From the NCBI GenBank assembly GCA_019058275.1, contig JAHLVW010000062.1, positions 96,001 through 160,000 of the forward strand: a DNA stretch of 64,000 nt, given 5' to 3'. The stretch comes from Candidatus Heimdallarchaeota archaeon. Lineage in GTDB: Archaea > Asgardarchaeota > Heimdallarchaeia > JABLTI01. The notes beneath the pieces were generated by a model, which saw only the letters and a program-made list of their open reading frames with translations, did not search any database and was not told the origin of the DNA. This document shows, piece after piece, positions 43,119 to 53,016 of the stretch; the first letter of the stretch is position 1; every line of letters begins with the position of its first letter. Made by a program: the position numbers and the translations under genes.

Positions 43119-43292
43119 TTGATTAAAAGAAAGAAAATAGTTAGATCAATAGTTAAAGAATATTGGGAAGAAATCTGCCCTCTTTGTGGAAATTCGGAAC
43201 AACCAATCGTGCAATATTCTGAAGATGACTTTAGGCTTCTGGTCGAACTTAAATGTTCAAAATGCGGTCTAACTGTTTCTTTCAAAAAGTAG
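43119..43292 (+). CDS. 57-aa CPxCG zinc-ribbon protein (Elf1-like layout), missing from the ORF track
   Basis: GGAGGT SD + TTG; MIKRKKIVR...CPLCG...CSKCG. Confidence 0.75.
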   Translation: MIKRKKIVRSIVKEYWEEICPLCGNSEQPIVQYSEDDFRLLVELKCSKCGLTVSFKK

Positions 43293-43533
43293 AATGCCAA
43301 TCCCACTTTTATACCACCAAAAAAGTCCCTGAAATCATTAAATCTAAAACTTAGCATTTTCAATACACTATTTTAGGAGTTAAAATAATCTTAAAGCCAG
43401 GAATGTGGAAATACGAATAAATTTACCAGAATGGTTTTTAATCATTATTGGATATTTTTCTTTAAGTTATATATATCGACAGAAAAAAATATTAAATACT
43501 AAATGTTAGATAAACCACTTCAAGGTGTAAGAA

Positions 43534-44043
43534 ATGAATAAAAAAACTAAAAGGATTATGCTATTCGGATTGGGGATTTTAGTTATCATTTGTAGCACTG
43601 TCTTATTCCAAAATGTAGCAGCTGATGATTATGATGAAACTCGTCATCATTATTACCTCTATTTTAACTACTACATTGAAGATGCTTTTTATGGCGACTT
43701 CGACGGAGACAATAACGAAGATGATATTAGAATCATTACTATCGTGTCTACTAATTTCGAAGGGCCAATCAATTCATTTATTCGATCAACTATAGTATTA
43801 CCATCAAGATTAACATTTATAATAAACTTTCATTTAATGCTCTTTTCTTCTGGAGATGATTTTCAAATCATAATTACTACCTACAATACTGCATTAGAAT
43901 CAGGACGTTATTTAACTAAATTATATGGCATTTTCTATTTTGGCGATTATCTCTGCTATACCTATGATTATTTTATCTTTGATCCACCCGATGATGGTGG
44001 CGTTGGTGATCCTGGCGTAGAAATTATAGTTGTTTATGCATAA
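43534..44043 (+). CDS. Small secreted acidic protein (module A)
   Basis: Signal peptide; YGDFDGDNNEDDI; C-terminal FDPP..G.GDP; paralog of 54220-54720. Confidence 0.8.
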   Translation: MNKKTKRIMLFGLGILVIICSTVLFQNVAADDYDETRHHYYLYFNYYIEDAFYGDFDGDNNEDDIRIITIVSTNFEGPINSFIRSTIVLPSRLTFIINFHLMLFSSGDDFQIIITTYNTALESGRYLTKLYGIFYFGDYLCYTYDYFIFDPPDDGGVGDPGVEIIVVYA

Positions 44044-44073
44044 AACTAACATAACTATTCGGAAAGTTGTCAT

Positions 44074-45183
44074 ATGATAGATGCAAAAGACATGGAAATA
44101 CTACTTACTATTCAAGACAATCCACTTGCTACATTATCTGATATTGCTTCTCAAATTAACTTAAGTATATCAAATACATCTGCTAGATTGACAAGGTTAG
44201 AAGAGATTGAAAAAGCTTTTTTTGGAGTAAAAGTCGGCTTGAATTTAAGTGCATTGGAACTAGAGACAAATAATTTCCTAATAAAACTAAATTCTAAAAA
44301 ATCTCTTAAGCTCTTTGAGAACAAATTCAGTTACTATCATCCATACTTAATGTATCGTGGTCGTTGTAATGGAAAATTTCCAGGTCTTTATTTGCAGTTT
44401 AGAACCCCAAAAGAAGGTTTAAACTATCTTGAAGAATTGTTTGGAATATTACTTTCAAAAGGTATTCTAGAGGATTTTGAATATATACAAAAACAACCAA
44501 ATGAAGCTCAAGTTCGAATTAATTCATCACTTCGTGGATGGGACCCTAAAAAACAAAGATGGATTTTTGATTGGAAGACATGGAAAGATAATTTTGAAAA
44601 CACTTCAGCTAAGTCTATACCAGAGAAATCAGGTTCTGAATCAATACTTGAGCAATTATCTGAGATGGATATCAAGCTTTTATCCGAATTAACATTGGAT
44701 GCACGTAGGAAAAACGTAGATATGATGAAAAATAGAGGAGTAGAAAATAATCCCGGAGTTGCACAGAAAGTTAGCAGAAGAATCAAATTTCTGAAGGAGA
44801 AAGCCATTTCAGATTATCGAATTTATCTCAATTGGTCAATATTCGATTTATATCAAACAATTTTGATTAAAGGTCAATGCCATAACAATGCTTCACTTAA
44901 ACTTCGAAATTATTTAACAGAAAGTAAATCAAGTATTCCATTTCAGAATATTTATTTTATTACAGATTATGGATTCTTGTGGTATATACGTGCTCCTCCT
45001 TCCCATTTAAGTGAATTAATGGATTTCATTTGGGATGTCTGTCCTGGGCATGAATTGTTTCTTATCGATTACAAATTCACTCGAGTGTATGGCTTATGGG
45101 ATCAAACTTTTAACGCTGAGAAGAAAAAATGGAAATTAAATTATGAATTTATGATTGATAATGTTGTAAAAAAAATTCTCTAA
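44074..45183 (+). CDS. Tandem wHTH Lrp/AsnC-like regulator (module A)
   Basis: DAKDMEIL..IQDNP and DIKLLSEL..DAR HTH starts; paralog of 53017-54168. Confidence 0.82.
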   Translation: MIDAKDMEILLTIQDNPLATLSDIASQINLSISNTSARLTRLEEIEKAFFGVKVGLNLSALELETNNFLIKLNSKKSLKLFENKFSYYHPYLMYRGRCNGKFPGLYLQFRTPKEGLNYLEELFGILLSKGILEDFEYIQKQPNEAQVRINSSLRGWDPKKQRWIFDWKTWKDNFENTSAKSIPEKSGSESILEQLSEMDIKLLSELTLDARRKNVDMMKNRGVENNPGVAQKVSRRIKFLKEKAISDYRIYLNWSIFDLYQTILIKGQCHNNASLKLRNYLTESKSSIPFQNIYFITDYGFLWYIRAPPSHLSELMDFIWDVCPGHELFLIDYKFTRVYGLWDQTFNAEKKKWKLNYEFMIDNVVKKIL

Positions 45184-45227
45184 AACATTGGCTCTTTAAT
45201 ATAAAACAAATAATTTAAATTTTTGAA

Positions 45228-47426
45228 ATGCTAACTTTTACTCGGAAGAGGTATAAGCTAATGACTTCTTTAATTCCTGATTATGAAATTTTTACTAAGA
45301 ATCTACCAGCTTTCTTTGTAAAAGAAGTAAAAGTAATGCGTTCAAGATTAAAGGAGAAAAATGATTTCATAGCTTATGCACAATCCATGGTTAAAGCAAT
45401 TATAAAATTCTGTTCAGAAGATTCTAACTATTCCAAATTAAAGCCTAAGATTTCTGATGAAGATTTCAATGAAATTATTAAAGCAGTTATAAGATTGCAT
45501 TTCTTTACTTATAATTCAGTAAATGCAAGATCATCAGACTTGAAAAGACTAAAAACTATTCTAAAAAGAAATAGTGATCCTATAATACAATCATGGTATG
45601 CTATTTTCTTTTTTGAAGAATGGCGAATAGAGAAACGATTTGATTATATTCAAAATCAATATAATAATTATCAGCAATTAGTAGCTGATGGGAAGGAATT
45701 TTCCTTTTTTGACAAATTGGATATACATCAGTTTCTGGGTTACTTAGCATTTCAAAAATATGATTTTCCAAAATTCAAAGAACTAACCCAAGTAATTTAC
45801 TCTATGTATGAATCAGAAGAAATGAGTGAGGATTTACTGCTATTAACGTATAAAACCATTTTCAGCAGCATTCTAGGTTATCACAATGCTCTTATTGGTG
45901 ATTTTAAAGATGCTGATTTCTTAATTGGAATTGCTGAAGCTTTTGCTGAAGAGCTAAATCTTCCATACTTAAAATCGCAAGTTAAAAGTAATTTAGGCAG
46001 TATTTACACATACAAAGGGAATCTTATCGAAGGAATAGAACAATTCAAAGAAGCACTAGTTTTAGCTCAGAAAGTGGGAAATGATTATAGTGCAGCTCGT
46101 ATAAAAGCAAATACAGGAGTAACTCAACTTTCATTAGGCTTTTATGATGAAGCATTAACATCTTTCTTAGAAGTTAAGAAATATGCTGAAGATGCTGTAG
46201 GTATTGCTCCTCTGAATTTCCATACAACAATTTTGTTGAATATAGCTGACACATACAAGGTCATGGGAAAATATCAAGAAGCAATAAATTTCTTAGATGA
46301 AGCTTTGAAAATGGAAGAGCAAAATGAAGCTATAACTGCAAATCTACTGTCCATTTACTACCATCAGATAGATGTGTTACTTGAAGCAAATAATTTATTA
46401 GAAGCTCGTAAAACACTTGAGAAACTCAAAAAAGCTATGGTGAAAATTGAAGCTACACCAATGGGCGCAGCATATAATTATATGCTGGGAATTTTGGAAT
46501 CAAAAGAAGCTAATTTTGCATCAGCTAAAAGAGTTTTATTAGAAGCAATAAGGCTATCAGAAGAACAAGCAGTAATGCATTTAGGTCCTATACGTCTTAA
46601 AGCATCCTTCCAGCTAACTAATGTTCTGTTAAACAGCTATAAGTTTACAAATAATACAGAAGAATTGCAACAAGCTCTATCACTATTAGAAAACTTGGTA
46701 AAAACCGCTGAAGAGAAAAATCTTATACCAATGCTTAGTGATTGTTTGATTGTACGCGCTTATTTAAATGAAATTCTTGATTTTAGAGAAGGAGCAATTA
46801 TGGATCTTGAAAAGGCTCAATCAATAGCAGAAGAATATAAACTACCTGTACATCTCACTCGAGCAAAGGAACGATTTGCATCACTTAGTAATAGTGATCC
46901 TAAGCTTTCAAGAACCGAGAAAGCAAATGGTTTGTTAGATTATTTAGGAGATACTCTTCCAGCCATCTTAACCTACAGAGTTGCTCATCGATCTAAAACA
47001 GATGAGAGTACATTGCTTGGTTTCCTTGTTATGACTGATATTGGTTTACCTGTATTTTCAAAGTATTATGATGAAGTTATCGAGACACAAGACATCTTAC
47101 TCTCAGGATTGATTTCAGCTGTTTCAGGATTTATACAGAATACTTTAACAAAAGATCAAAATGGTTCATTAAAAAGCATCAAACATGAAAATGTTACAAT
47201 TCTAATTGAGAGAATAAATCAGAAGCTTTCACTAGTTTTCTTTACAGAAAAGGATACCGCAGATTTACAGCTTAAACTTATACAATTAGCCAGAGAAATA
47301 GAAAATCAAGCAAAAGAGAAGTATCTTGACATAACATCTGATGAAGTATCACAAGGTGATCAAAGAAATATTCTAAAAGAAATCATTGAAAGTTCAATGA
47401 TACGAATTTTACCATCAATTAAATAG
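45228..47426 (+). CDS. TPR-repeat protein with a C-terminal longin-like domain
   Basis: SNLG/ANTG/LNIA TPR motifs; GLPVFSKYY..QDILLSGLISAV..SIKHE. Confidence 0.82.
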   Translation: MLTFTRKRYKLMTSLIPDYEIFTKNLPAFFVKEVKVMRSRLKEKNDFIAYAQSMVKAIIKFCSEDSNYSKLKPKISDEDFNEIIKAVIRLHFFTYNSVNARSSDLKRLKTILKRNSDPIIQSWYAIFFFEEWRIEKRFDYIQNQYNNYQQLVADGKEFSFFDKLDIHQFLGYLAFQKYDFPKFKELTQVIYSMYESEEMSEDLLLLTYKTIFSSILGYHNALIGDFKDADFLIGIAEAFAEELNLPYLKSQVKSNLGSIYTYKGNLIEGIEQFKEALVLAQKVGNDYSAARIKANTGVTQLSLGFYDEALTSFLEVKKYAEDAVGIAPLNFHTTILLNIADTYKVMGKYQEAINFLDEALKMEEQNEAITANLLSIYYHQIDVLLEANNLLEARKTLEKLKKAMVKIEATPMGAAYNYMLGILESKEANFASAKRVLLEAIRLSEEQAVMHLGPIRLKASFQLTNVLLNSYKFTNNTEELQQALSLLENLVKTAEEKNLIPMLSDCLIVRAYLNEILDFREGAIMDLEKAQSIAEEYKLPVHLTRAKERFASLSNSDPKLSRTEKANGLLDYLGDTLPAILTYRVAHRSKTDESTLLGFLVMTDIGLPVFSKYYDEVIETQDILLSGLISAVSGFIQNTLTKDQNGSLKSIKHENVTILIERINQKLSLVFFTEKDTADLQLKLIQLAREIENQAKEKYLDITSDEVSQGDQRNILKEIIESSMIRILPSIK

Positions 47427-47564
47427 GATCAAAAGCAATTTTGTGTAAGTTTTATAACAATCTTAATATTTGTGACGGGAATTTTTCTTTTTTCATATAA
47501 TTTGCATGTTTTACTGTTTATTAAATCACATCAAATTAATTGCTATTATTGAGGTATGTAAAGA

Positions 47565-50500
47565 TTGTCCAAAGAAATGCAAGAACAGGAAGCTAAAGAA
47601 TATAACTTCTCAATTCGAGAATTTCAGAAAACACAAAGTGATGCCCAACAACTAGCTGATTGTTATAATACATTTGATGACCCTGAATCTTGGCCAGGGG
47701 GTTTTGGTCATGGAGAACCTACAACTGCTGAAGAAATCTTAGAAAGTATGGAAAAACATACACCCTTATCAAAATTCGTTGCAATTTCTGATGGCAAAAT
47801 TGTTGGACATTGTGATGTATTAGAGAATGCAGCATTAAAGGATGTTTATTATGTTGGACTACTAGGTGTAGATCCAAAGTATCAAGGAAAAAAGATTGGT
47901 AAAAATCTGCTACTAAAAGCAAATGAACGTGTAATTGAGCTAGAAAAAGATGTTATAACATTGCATACATGGGGTGGAAACCTCAAAGGAGTTCCATTGT
48001 ACAAAAAAGCAGGTTATTTTTGGGCACCTGAAACTTCAGTCTATATGGAGAGCTTTATGCCTGGAATACTAAGACTTAAATTATTCAAGAGATTTTTTGA
48101 CAAGTATGATTGGTACACAACATATAAACGAACATTAAGCCTATTACCTGATGAAGAAAAAATCAGTAAGATGAATATTTACAATAATTATTTTGAAGCT
48201 GACAAGAACAACTCATTAAATGTAATGATAGACAGACATGCAAAAAAGATCTGTGGTTTTGAATTAAAATCTGAAGAAGGTTCTATAGGTGCAACTTGTC
48301 TAGTTGATAATCATATAGGTTATGTGGGCTATGGAAAAGTACTTGTAAAGTGGATTCTAAAAAATGAAACAAAACAAGAGAAACAATACGCTCTGTATAT
48401 TAACAAGACTAGTATTAATTTGGAAAAAGAACCAGAAGTAATGCATGTTTTGAAACCAGGTGAAACTAAAACAATTGAATCTTGGGCAACTTTAGAATTA
48501 GATGTTGAAACAAAATCAAATCCAAATGATGGTCATCTTCAAACAGAACAAATAATTGAAACACTAATTTCTTTTGATGATGAGGAAATAGATTTAACTG
48601 TTGGAATTATTCCTCTAGATCCTTTGGTTGTTGAAGTTTATCCAAGATATATTTCTGTAATACCTGGAGAGAAAACGAATGTTCCTCTTAGATTATGGAA
48701 TAGAACTGAAGATAAAATAAAAGGTTCAATAATAATTAATGAAATTCCAAATGTTGAATTTGAATCTAACACACTTTTACTAAACCTTGAGTCAAAGGAA
48801 AGAATTGATCTATCTATAAATTTCCAATTAAATGAAAATTATAATCATTCACTAGTATCATTAAAATTGAATATTTTCAAAGATCAAAAGAATGAAAGAA
48901 TTAAGCTCCCTGAGGAATTTATACAGATTCCTGTTATCGATTACTCAACAGGAACTAATTTAAAATGCTCTGGATATATAATTGAAAATAAAAAAGCAAT
49001 TCTTGAAAATAATACAATTAGATTAGAAATTAGTTTATCTGAATCATCAGTATTGAGAAGGATATTTGATAAAAGGGATGGAAAATTCTACTATTTTGGT
49101 ACTGCTCAACCTGATTTAGGTTTACCTTTTATGGGATATGCTAATGAATTCAAAAAGATTAAACATACAGCTGAAATTGTTAAGCAAAAGGAAAAAGTAT
49201 CTCTAATTTTAACAGCTACCTCTCTAAGAAAGAAAGGGATTAAATTACAAAGAACTTTCACAATTAAACCAAATAATGATCTAATAGAAATAATGGTAAA
49301 AATCGTTAATGAGTCTAGTGAAACTCACAAAGATATTGCTATAAGAATGTTGAGTGATGCTTGGGGTTGGGGTAGAATTGCTTTTGACTGTAAGACATAT
49401 CTTCCATTGAATAGAGGTTTAATGAAGGTCGATGATAACTTAGAATTTCATAGTAGTAGGCATTATCCAAAAGATGTTGATGAATGGAAGGAATCTTGGA
49501 TTTGTACCGAATTTGATCAAGCAAAATTATTTGGTTTTATGTGGGATAAAACATATCTAAAGAAAATTGAAGCAGGTATAGGTACTGCATCAACACTAGA
49601 ATATGATTTTGGAACACTAGAACCTGGTCAACATAAGCAGATAAAATACTTTATCTACTTTGGAAGAGGTAATTGGAAAGATTTCAGGAAATTATGGCAG
49701 GAGCAAATTGAAAAAGATAGTTCTTTAGCTTTGGATCCAATTGAAGAAACAATGACGATTCTAGATGAGTTTACAATTGAAACTGAATCATCTGTTTATG
49801 GCAAAATGAACTCCTTTAATATTCAACCAATAAACTATGATGATACATTAAATCTGATTGTGAATAACAATACATTAAGGAAAATTAAAGGGAAACTAGT
49901 AATGGAGCTGCCTAAAGGAGTTACATTTGAAGATAACACAAATATGTTCGAATCTGAGATTAATGAATTGGTAAGTGGGAAACCTTATGAAAACATATTC
50001 AAAATTTATGCAAATGAAATCTATTTTGGTAGAATTTTCTTTGTCAAATTGAGTATTGTTATAGAAGGAACATCATTCGATCTCTCATTTTTAGCTCAAA
50101 TACTCAATAAAGACTTCAAAATAAATATCCAGAAGAATGATGAAATTAACAATAAGGAACTTTATACAATAGATAACGGTAAACTACTCCTCTCTATTTC
50201 TAAAGATCATGGTGGCTCGGTTACATCCTTCAAAATTCCTACAATTTCCAAATCTGAGAATCTTCTAAGTTCATGGCCAGAAGTAAAAACTTTCATGTGG
50301 GATAGTCATTGGTTTGGAGGTATTGTACCAATAATTAGTAATCCATATTCTTGGGGTTCTATTACTCATCTTGAGGAATTCATTTCTGAGCAGATTGACA
50401 ATGGTCTAGAGAAAGGAATTAAGGTTACTTCGAAATTAAAATCAAAGGAACTTCTAGAGGGTCTGCAACTTGAAATTGATTATACAACATTACCTTTTTC

Positions 50501-50912
50501 AAATGCAATTAAAGCAACATTTAGGGTGCTAAATAACACAAAGGCTACTTTGAGATTCAGGGGAGGATTGGATGCAAATATTGCTGTTTCTGAACGAGTA
50601 ACAAACGATATTTTCTTTGAAATTAACGGAGTTTTACACAAAAGAACTTTTCAATCTCAAAAATGGATTCCTAAAATGAACAATAAATGGGTAGTTTTTG
50701 TTGATCAAGAATCAAAAATAGCGCTAGCAATCATAGGTCCTACTAAAAGGAATTTGAGATTAATTATAAGTGATGACGGTGAGTTGCTAAATTCAGCTAA
50801 TACAATAAATGAATTATTTATTCCAGCTAAAAGTAAAGTAGAATATGACGTACTCTATATTCTCTATCCATTAAATCATGAATTAATTGAACATCTCAGA
50901 GGAAGATTTTGA
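47565..50912 (+). CDS. Large protein: N-terminal GNAT + beta-sandwich/supersandwich domains
   Basis: GVDPKYQGKKIGKNL, LHTWGGN..GVPLYKKAGYFW; beta-rich remainder. Confidence 0.8.
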   Translation: MSKEMQEQEAKEYNFSIREFQKTQSDAQQLADCYNTFDDPESWPGGFGHGEPTTAEEILESMEKHTPLSKFVAISDGKIVGHCDVLENAALKDVYYVGLLGVDPKYQGKKIGKNLLLKANERVIELEKDVITLHTWGGNLKGVPLYKKAGYFWAPETSVYMESFMPGILRLKLFKRFFDKYDWYTTYKRTLSLLPDEEKISKMNIYNNYFEADKNNSLNVMIDRHAKKICGFELKSEEGSIGATCLVDNHIGYVGYGKVLVKWILKNETKQEKQYALYINKTSINLEKEPEVMHVLKPGETKTIESWATLELDVETKSNPNDGHLQTEQIIETLISFDDEEIDLTVGIIPLDPLVVEVYPRYISVIPGEKTNVPLRLWNRTEDKIKGSIIINEIPNVEFESNTLLLNLESKERIDLSINFQLNENYNHSLVSLKLNIFKDQKNERIKLPEEFIQIPVIDYSTGTNLKCSGYIIENKKAILENNTIRLEISLSESSVLRRIFDKRDGKFYYFGTAQPDLGLPFMGYANEFKKIKHTAEIVKQKEKVSLILTATSLRKKGIKLQRTFTIKPNNDLIEIMVKIVNESSETHKDIAIRMLSDAWGWGRIAFDCKTYLPLNRGLMKVDDNLEFHSSRHYPKDVDEWKESWICTEFDQAKLFGFMWDKTYLKKIEAGIGTASTLEYDFGTLEPGQHKQIKYFIYFGRGNWKDFRKLWQEQIEKDSSLALDPIEETMTILDEFTIETESSVYGKMNSFNIQPINYDDTLNLIVNNNTLRKIKGKLVMELPKGVTFEDNTNMFESEINELVSGKPYENIFKIYANEIYFGRIFFVKLSIVIEGTSFDLSFLAQILNKDFKINIQKNDEINNKELYTIDNGKLLLSISKDHGGSVTSFKIPTISKSENLLSSWPEVKTFMWDSHWFGGIVPIISNPYSWGSITHLEEFISEQIDNGLEKGIKVTSKLKSKELLEGLQLEIDYTTLPFSNAIKATFRVLNNTKATLRFRGGLDANIAVSERVTNDIFFEINGVLHKRTFQSQKWIPKMNNKWVVFVDQESKIALAIIGPTKRNLRLIISDDGELLNSANTINELFIPAKSKVEYDVLYILYPLNHELIEHLRGRF

Positions 50913-51118
50913 TTCATTTTCACTTTTATTCGTTTTTTCCGAGATGGGTTTTAAATTTTAACAGTGGAAACATCTTAAACTTTAGAATTTCAAAACCTTT
51001 AAAGATTATAAAATGAATTTTTTTCTTGTCCTGATGATAGTTTCTTAATGAGTATTTTATTGAAAGATTGTAGTTATTTTTCATTTGAATAGTAATTTAC
51101 CTAATAGGGGTGTTATAA

Positions 51119-52012
51119 ACGTTAGAACCAAAAATAATTGATGCTCATTCCAGTCATGTATTAAAAATAGATTTTACATTAGATAGCAAAGCATTAATTT
51201 CTGCAGGTATGGATAATGCCATTAGAATTTGGAAAACTGAGGATTGGGAATATTACTTTGAGCTAGATGGTCATACAAAGAGTGTAAACACATTTGCCTT
51301 GAAGAGTGATGAGAATATTCTCTTCACAGGTTCAAGTGATAAAACAATAAAGATTTGGGATCTAGTTGACCGTAAAGAAATCCTAACTTTAAAGGGTCAT
51401 AAGAAACCTGTTGTATCTTTAGCAATTTCACCTGAAGGATCATTACTTGCATCTAGTTCTTATGAAGGTGATGTTCGATTATGGTGTCTTGAAACACTCG
51501 AATCTTATGCAGCATTAAAAGGACACACAAGTCATGTATCAAGCCTAAGTTTTGCTCCTGATTGCTCTTATTTAGTTTCAGGTGCATTGGATGATAGTAT
51601 GATTGTCTGGGATTTACCTTCTGGCGATTTAATTAAGAAAATAAAATCTCATAAAACATCAACCTCTTCTATTCACCATTTCGCTAAAGGTAAGAAACTT
51701 CTAACTACCGGAGCAGATCAAACGTTAAGAATCTGGAGCACTAAAGACTGGTCTGAGGAAAATAAAATCAAGTTTAAAGAACTAGGTCTTCATTCAGTAA
51801 CTCTCTCACCAAATGAGAAGTATTTCGCAATTACAAGTGATAATAAATTTCAAATCTGGTCACTAAAGAAAGTAAGTTTATTGTTAGATCAAACAATAAA
51901 GCCCAAAGGTGTTTATACTACAGCGTTCTCATCCGATGGTAAATGGTTTGCAGTTGGTTCTGCTGATAAAAAGATTAGAATTTGGGACCTTAAAGAGCTG
52001 CTAAAGTTTTAA
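51119..52012 (+). CDS. WD40-repeat beta-propeller protein
   Basis: GH...GSSDKTIKIWD repeats; the first blade extends upstream to ACG at 51119, after a GGGGTG SD. Confidence 0.9.
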   Translation, partial: TLEPKIIDAHSSHVLKIDFTLDSKALISAGMDNAIRIWKTEDWEYYFELDGHTKSVNTFALKSDENILFTGSSDKTIKIWDLVDRKEILTLKGHKKPVVSLAISPEGSLLASSSYEGDVRLWCLETLESYAALKGHTSHVSSLSFAPDCSYLVSGALDDSMIVWDLPSGDLIKKIKSHKTSTSSIHHFAKGKKLLTTGADQTLRIWSTKDWSEENKIKFKELGLHSVTLSPNEKYFAITSDNKFQIWSLKKVSLLLDQTIKPKGVYTTAFSSDGKWFAVGSADKKIRIWDLKELLKF

Positions 52013-52111
52013 TGCAAAAGTAGTCCAGTGCTGTTTTTAACTTTAATCAATAATTGATGTAAACGATAAGGTTTTTTATATTAGATATTTACAAATAGAT
52101 TGGTTTAAACA

Positions 52112-52780
52112 TTGACACAAGAGAAAATTCAAGAATTAATGAAAAATCTAGAACCAAAAAATGATAAGATAATTAGAATGCGAGCAGCAATTGCATTAAG
52201 TGATTTAGGTGAAGAAGCAAAAGAAGCTATACCTGCTCTACTTTTGACTCTTAAAGAAGATGAAAGCTCAAAAGTGCGAGAAAATGCTGCAAAAGCTCTT
52301 GGTCAAATGGGAAAAAATGTTTTTGAGGTGGCAAAAGCATTAGTAAATAGTATGCATGATGATGAAGCAGAGAGTGTACGTTTGGTAGCTGCTGAGTCTT
52401 TAGGTGAACTTGGTGATGTAGCTGTTCCTGCTCTACTAACAGTTCTTAGAAGTGAAGATAATATTGGTGTATTAGAGAAAACAATTGAAACATTAGGTAA
52501 AATTGGTTTGTGGACCAAATCAGAAGAACCTGAGTTAATTAATTCACTTGTTTCTGAAATCCTACTTGTTATTGGAAAAAACACTATAGAATCTTTACAT
52601 ATTGTAGCAGTTGAAACGATAACGAAAATGGGTGAAGCAGCTATTAAACCATTACTTAAGGTTTACAAGTCTGAAGAAAGCATAGATGTTAAAACTGTTA
52701 TAAATGTAATTTTTGAAAGATTAGCACAGCTTTTAGGATACAGAAATGGAGCTGCGCTAATTAGAATACACGATTATTGA
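52112..52780 (+). CDS. HEAT-repeat (PBS-lyase-like) protein
   Basis: RMRAAIAL, VRENAAKALG, VRLVAAESLG. Confidence 0.88.
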   Translation: MTQEKIQELMKNLEPKNDKIIRMRAAIALSDLGEEAKEAIPALLLTLKEDESSKVRENAAKALGQMGKNVFEVAKALVNSMHDDEAESVRLVAAESLGELGDVAVPALLTVLRSEDNIGVLEKTIETLGKIGLWTKSEEPELINSLVSEILLVIGKNTIESLHIVAVETITKMGEAAIKPLLKVYKSEESIDVKTVINVIFERLAQLLGYRNGAALIRIHDY

Positions 52781-52910
52781 AGATGTTTACAACAAGTTGA
52801 CTTTATTGTATAAAATCCTCTAAACCTGTTTTTGATTCAATTAATTATTTCGATGAAATCGTGAAATAATTTAATAATTAAAATACCTTTTTTTATATAA
52901 TGTCTAGCAT

Positions 52911-53012
52911 GATATTGCTTTATTTATAGATGAAGGTAAACTAATCTACTCAGACACTGCAAAAGGATTAGAACAACTAGAATTAGCCAACAAATATCTG
53001 GGTCCAGTTTGA
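52911..53012 (+). pseudogene. C-terminal remnant of an ABC ATPase-like gene
   Basis: DIALFIDEGKLIYSDTAKGLEQLELANKYLG, resembling the LivF-type tail. Confidence 0.45.
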
Positions 53013-53016
53013 CCTT

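Noticed and set aside
43088-43363. 91-aa minus-strand ORF from the track
   Set aside because: Antisense shadow of the plus-strand zinc-ribbon gene, which has a clear SD and CxxC pairs
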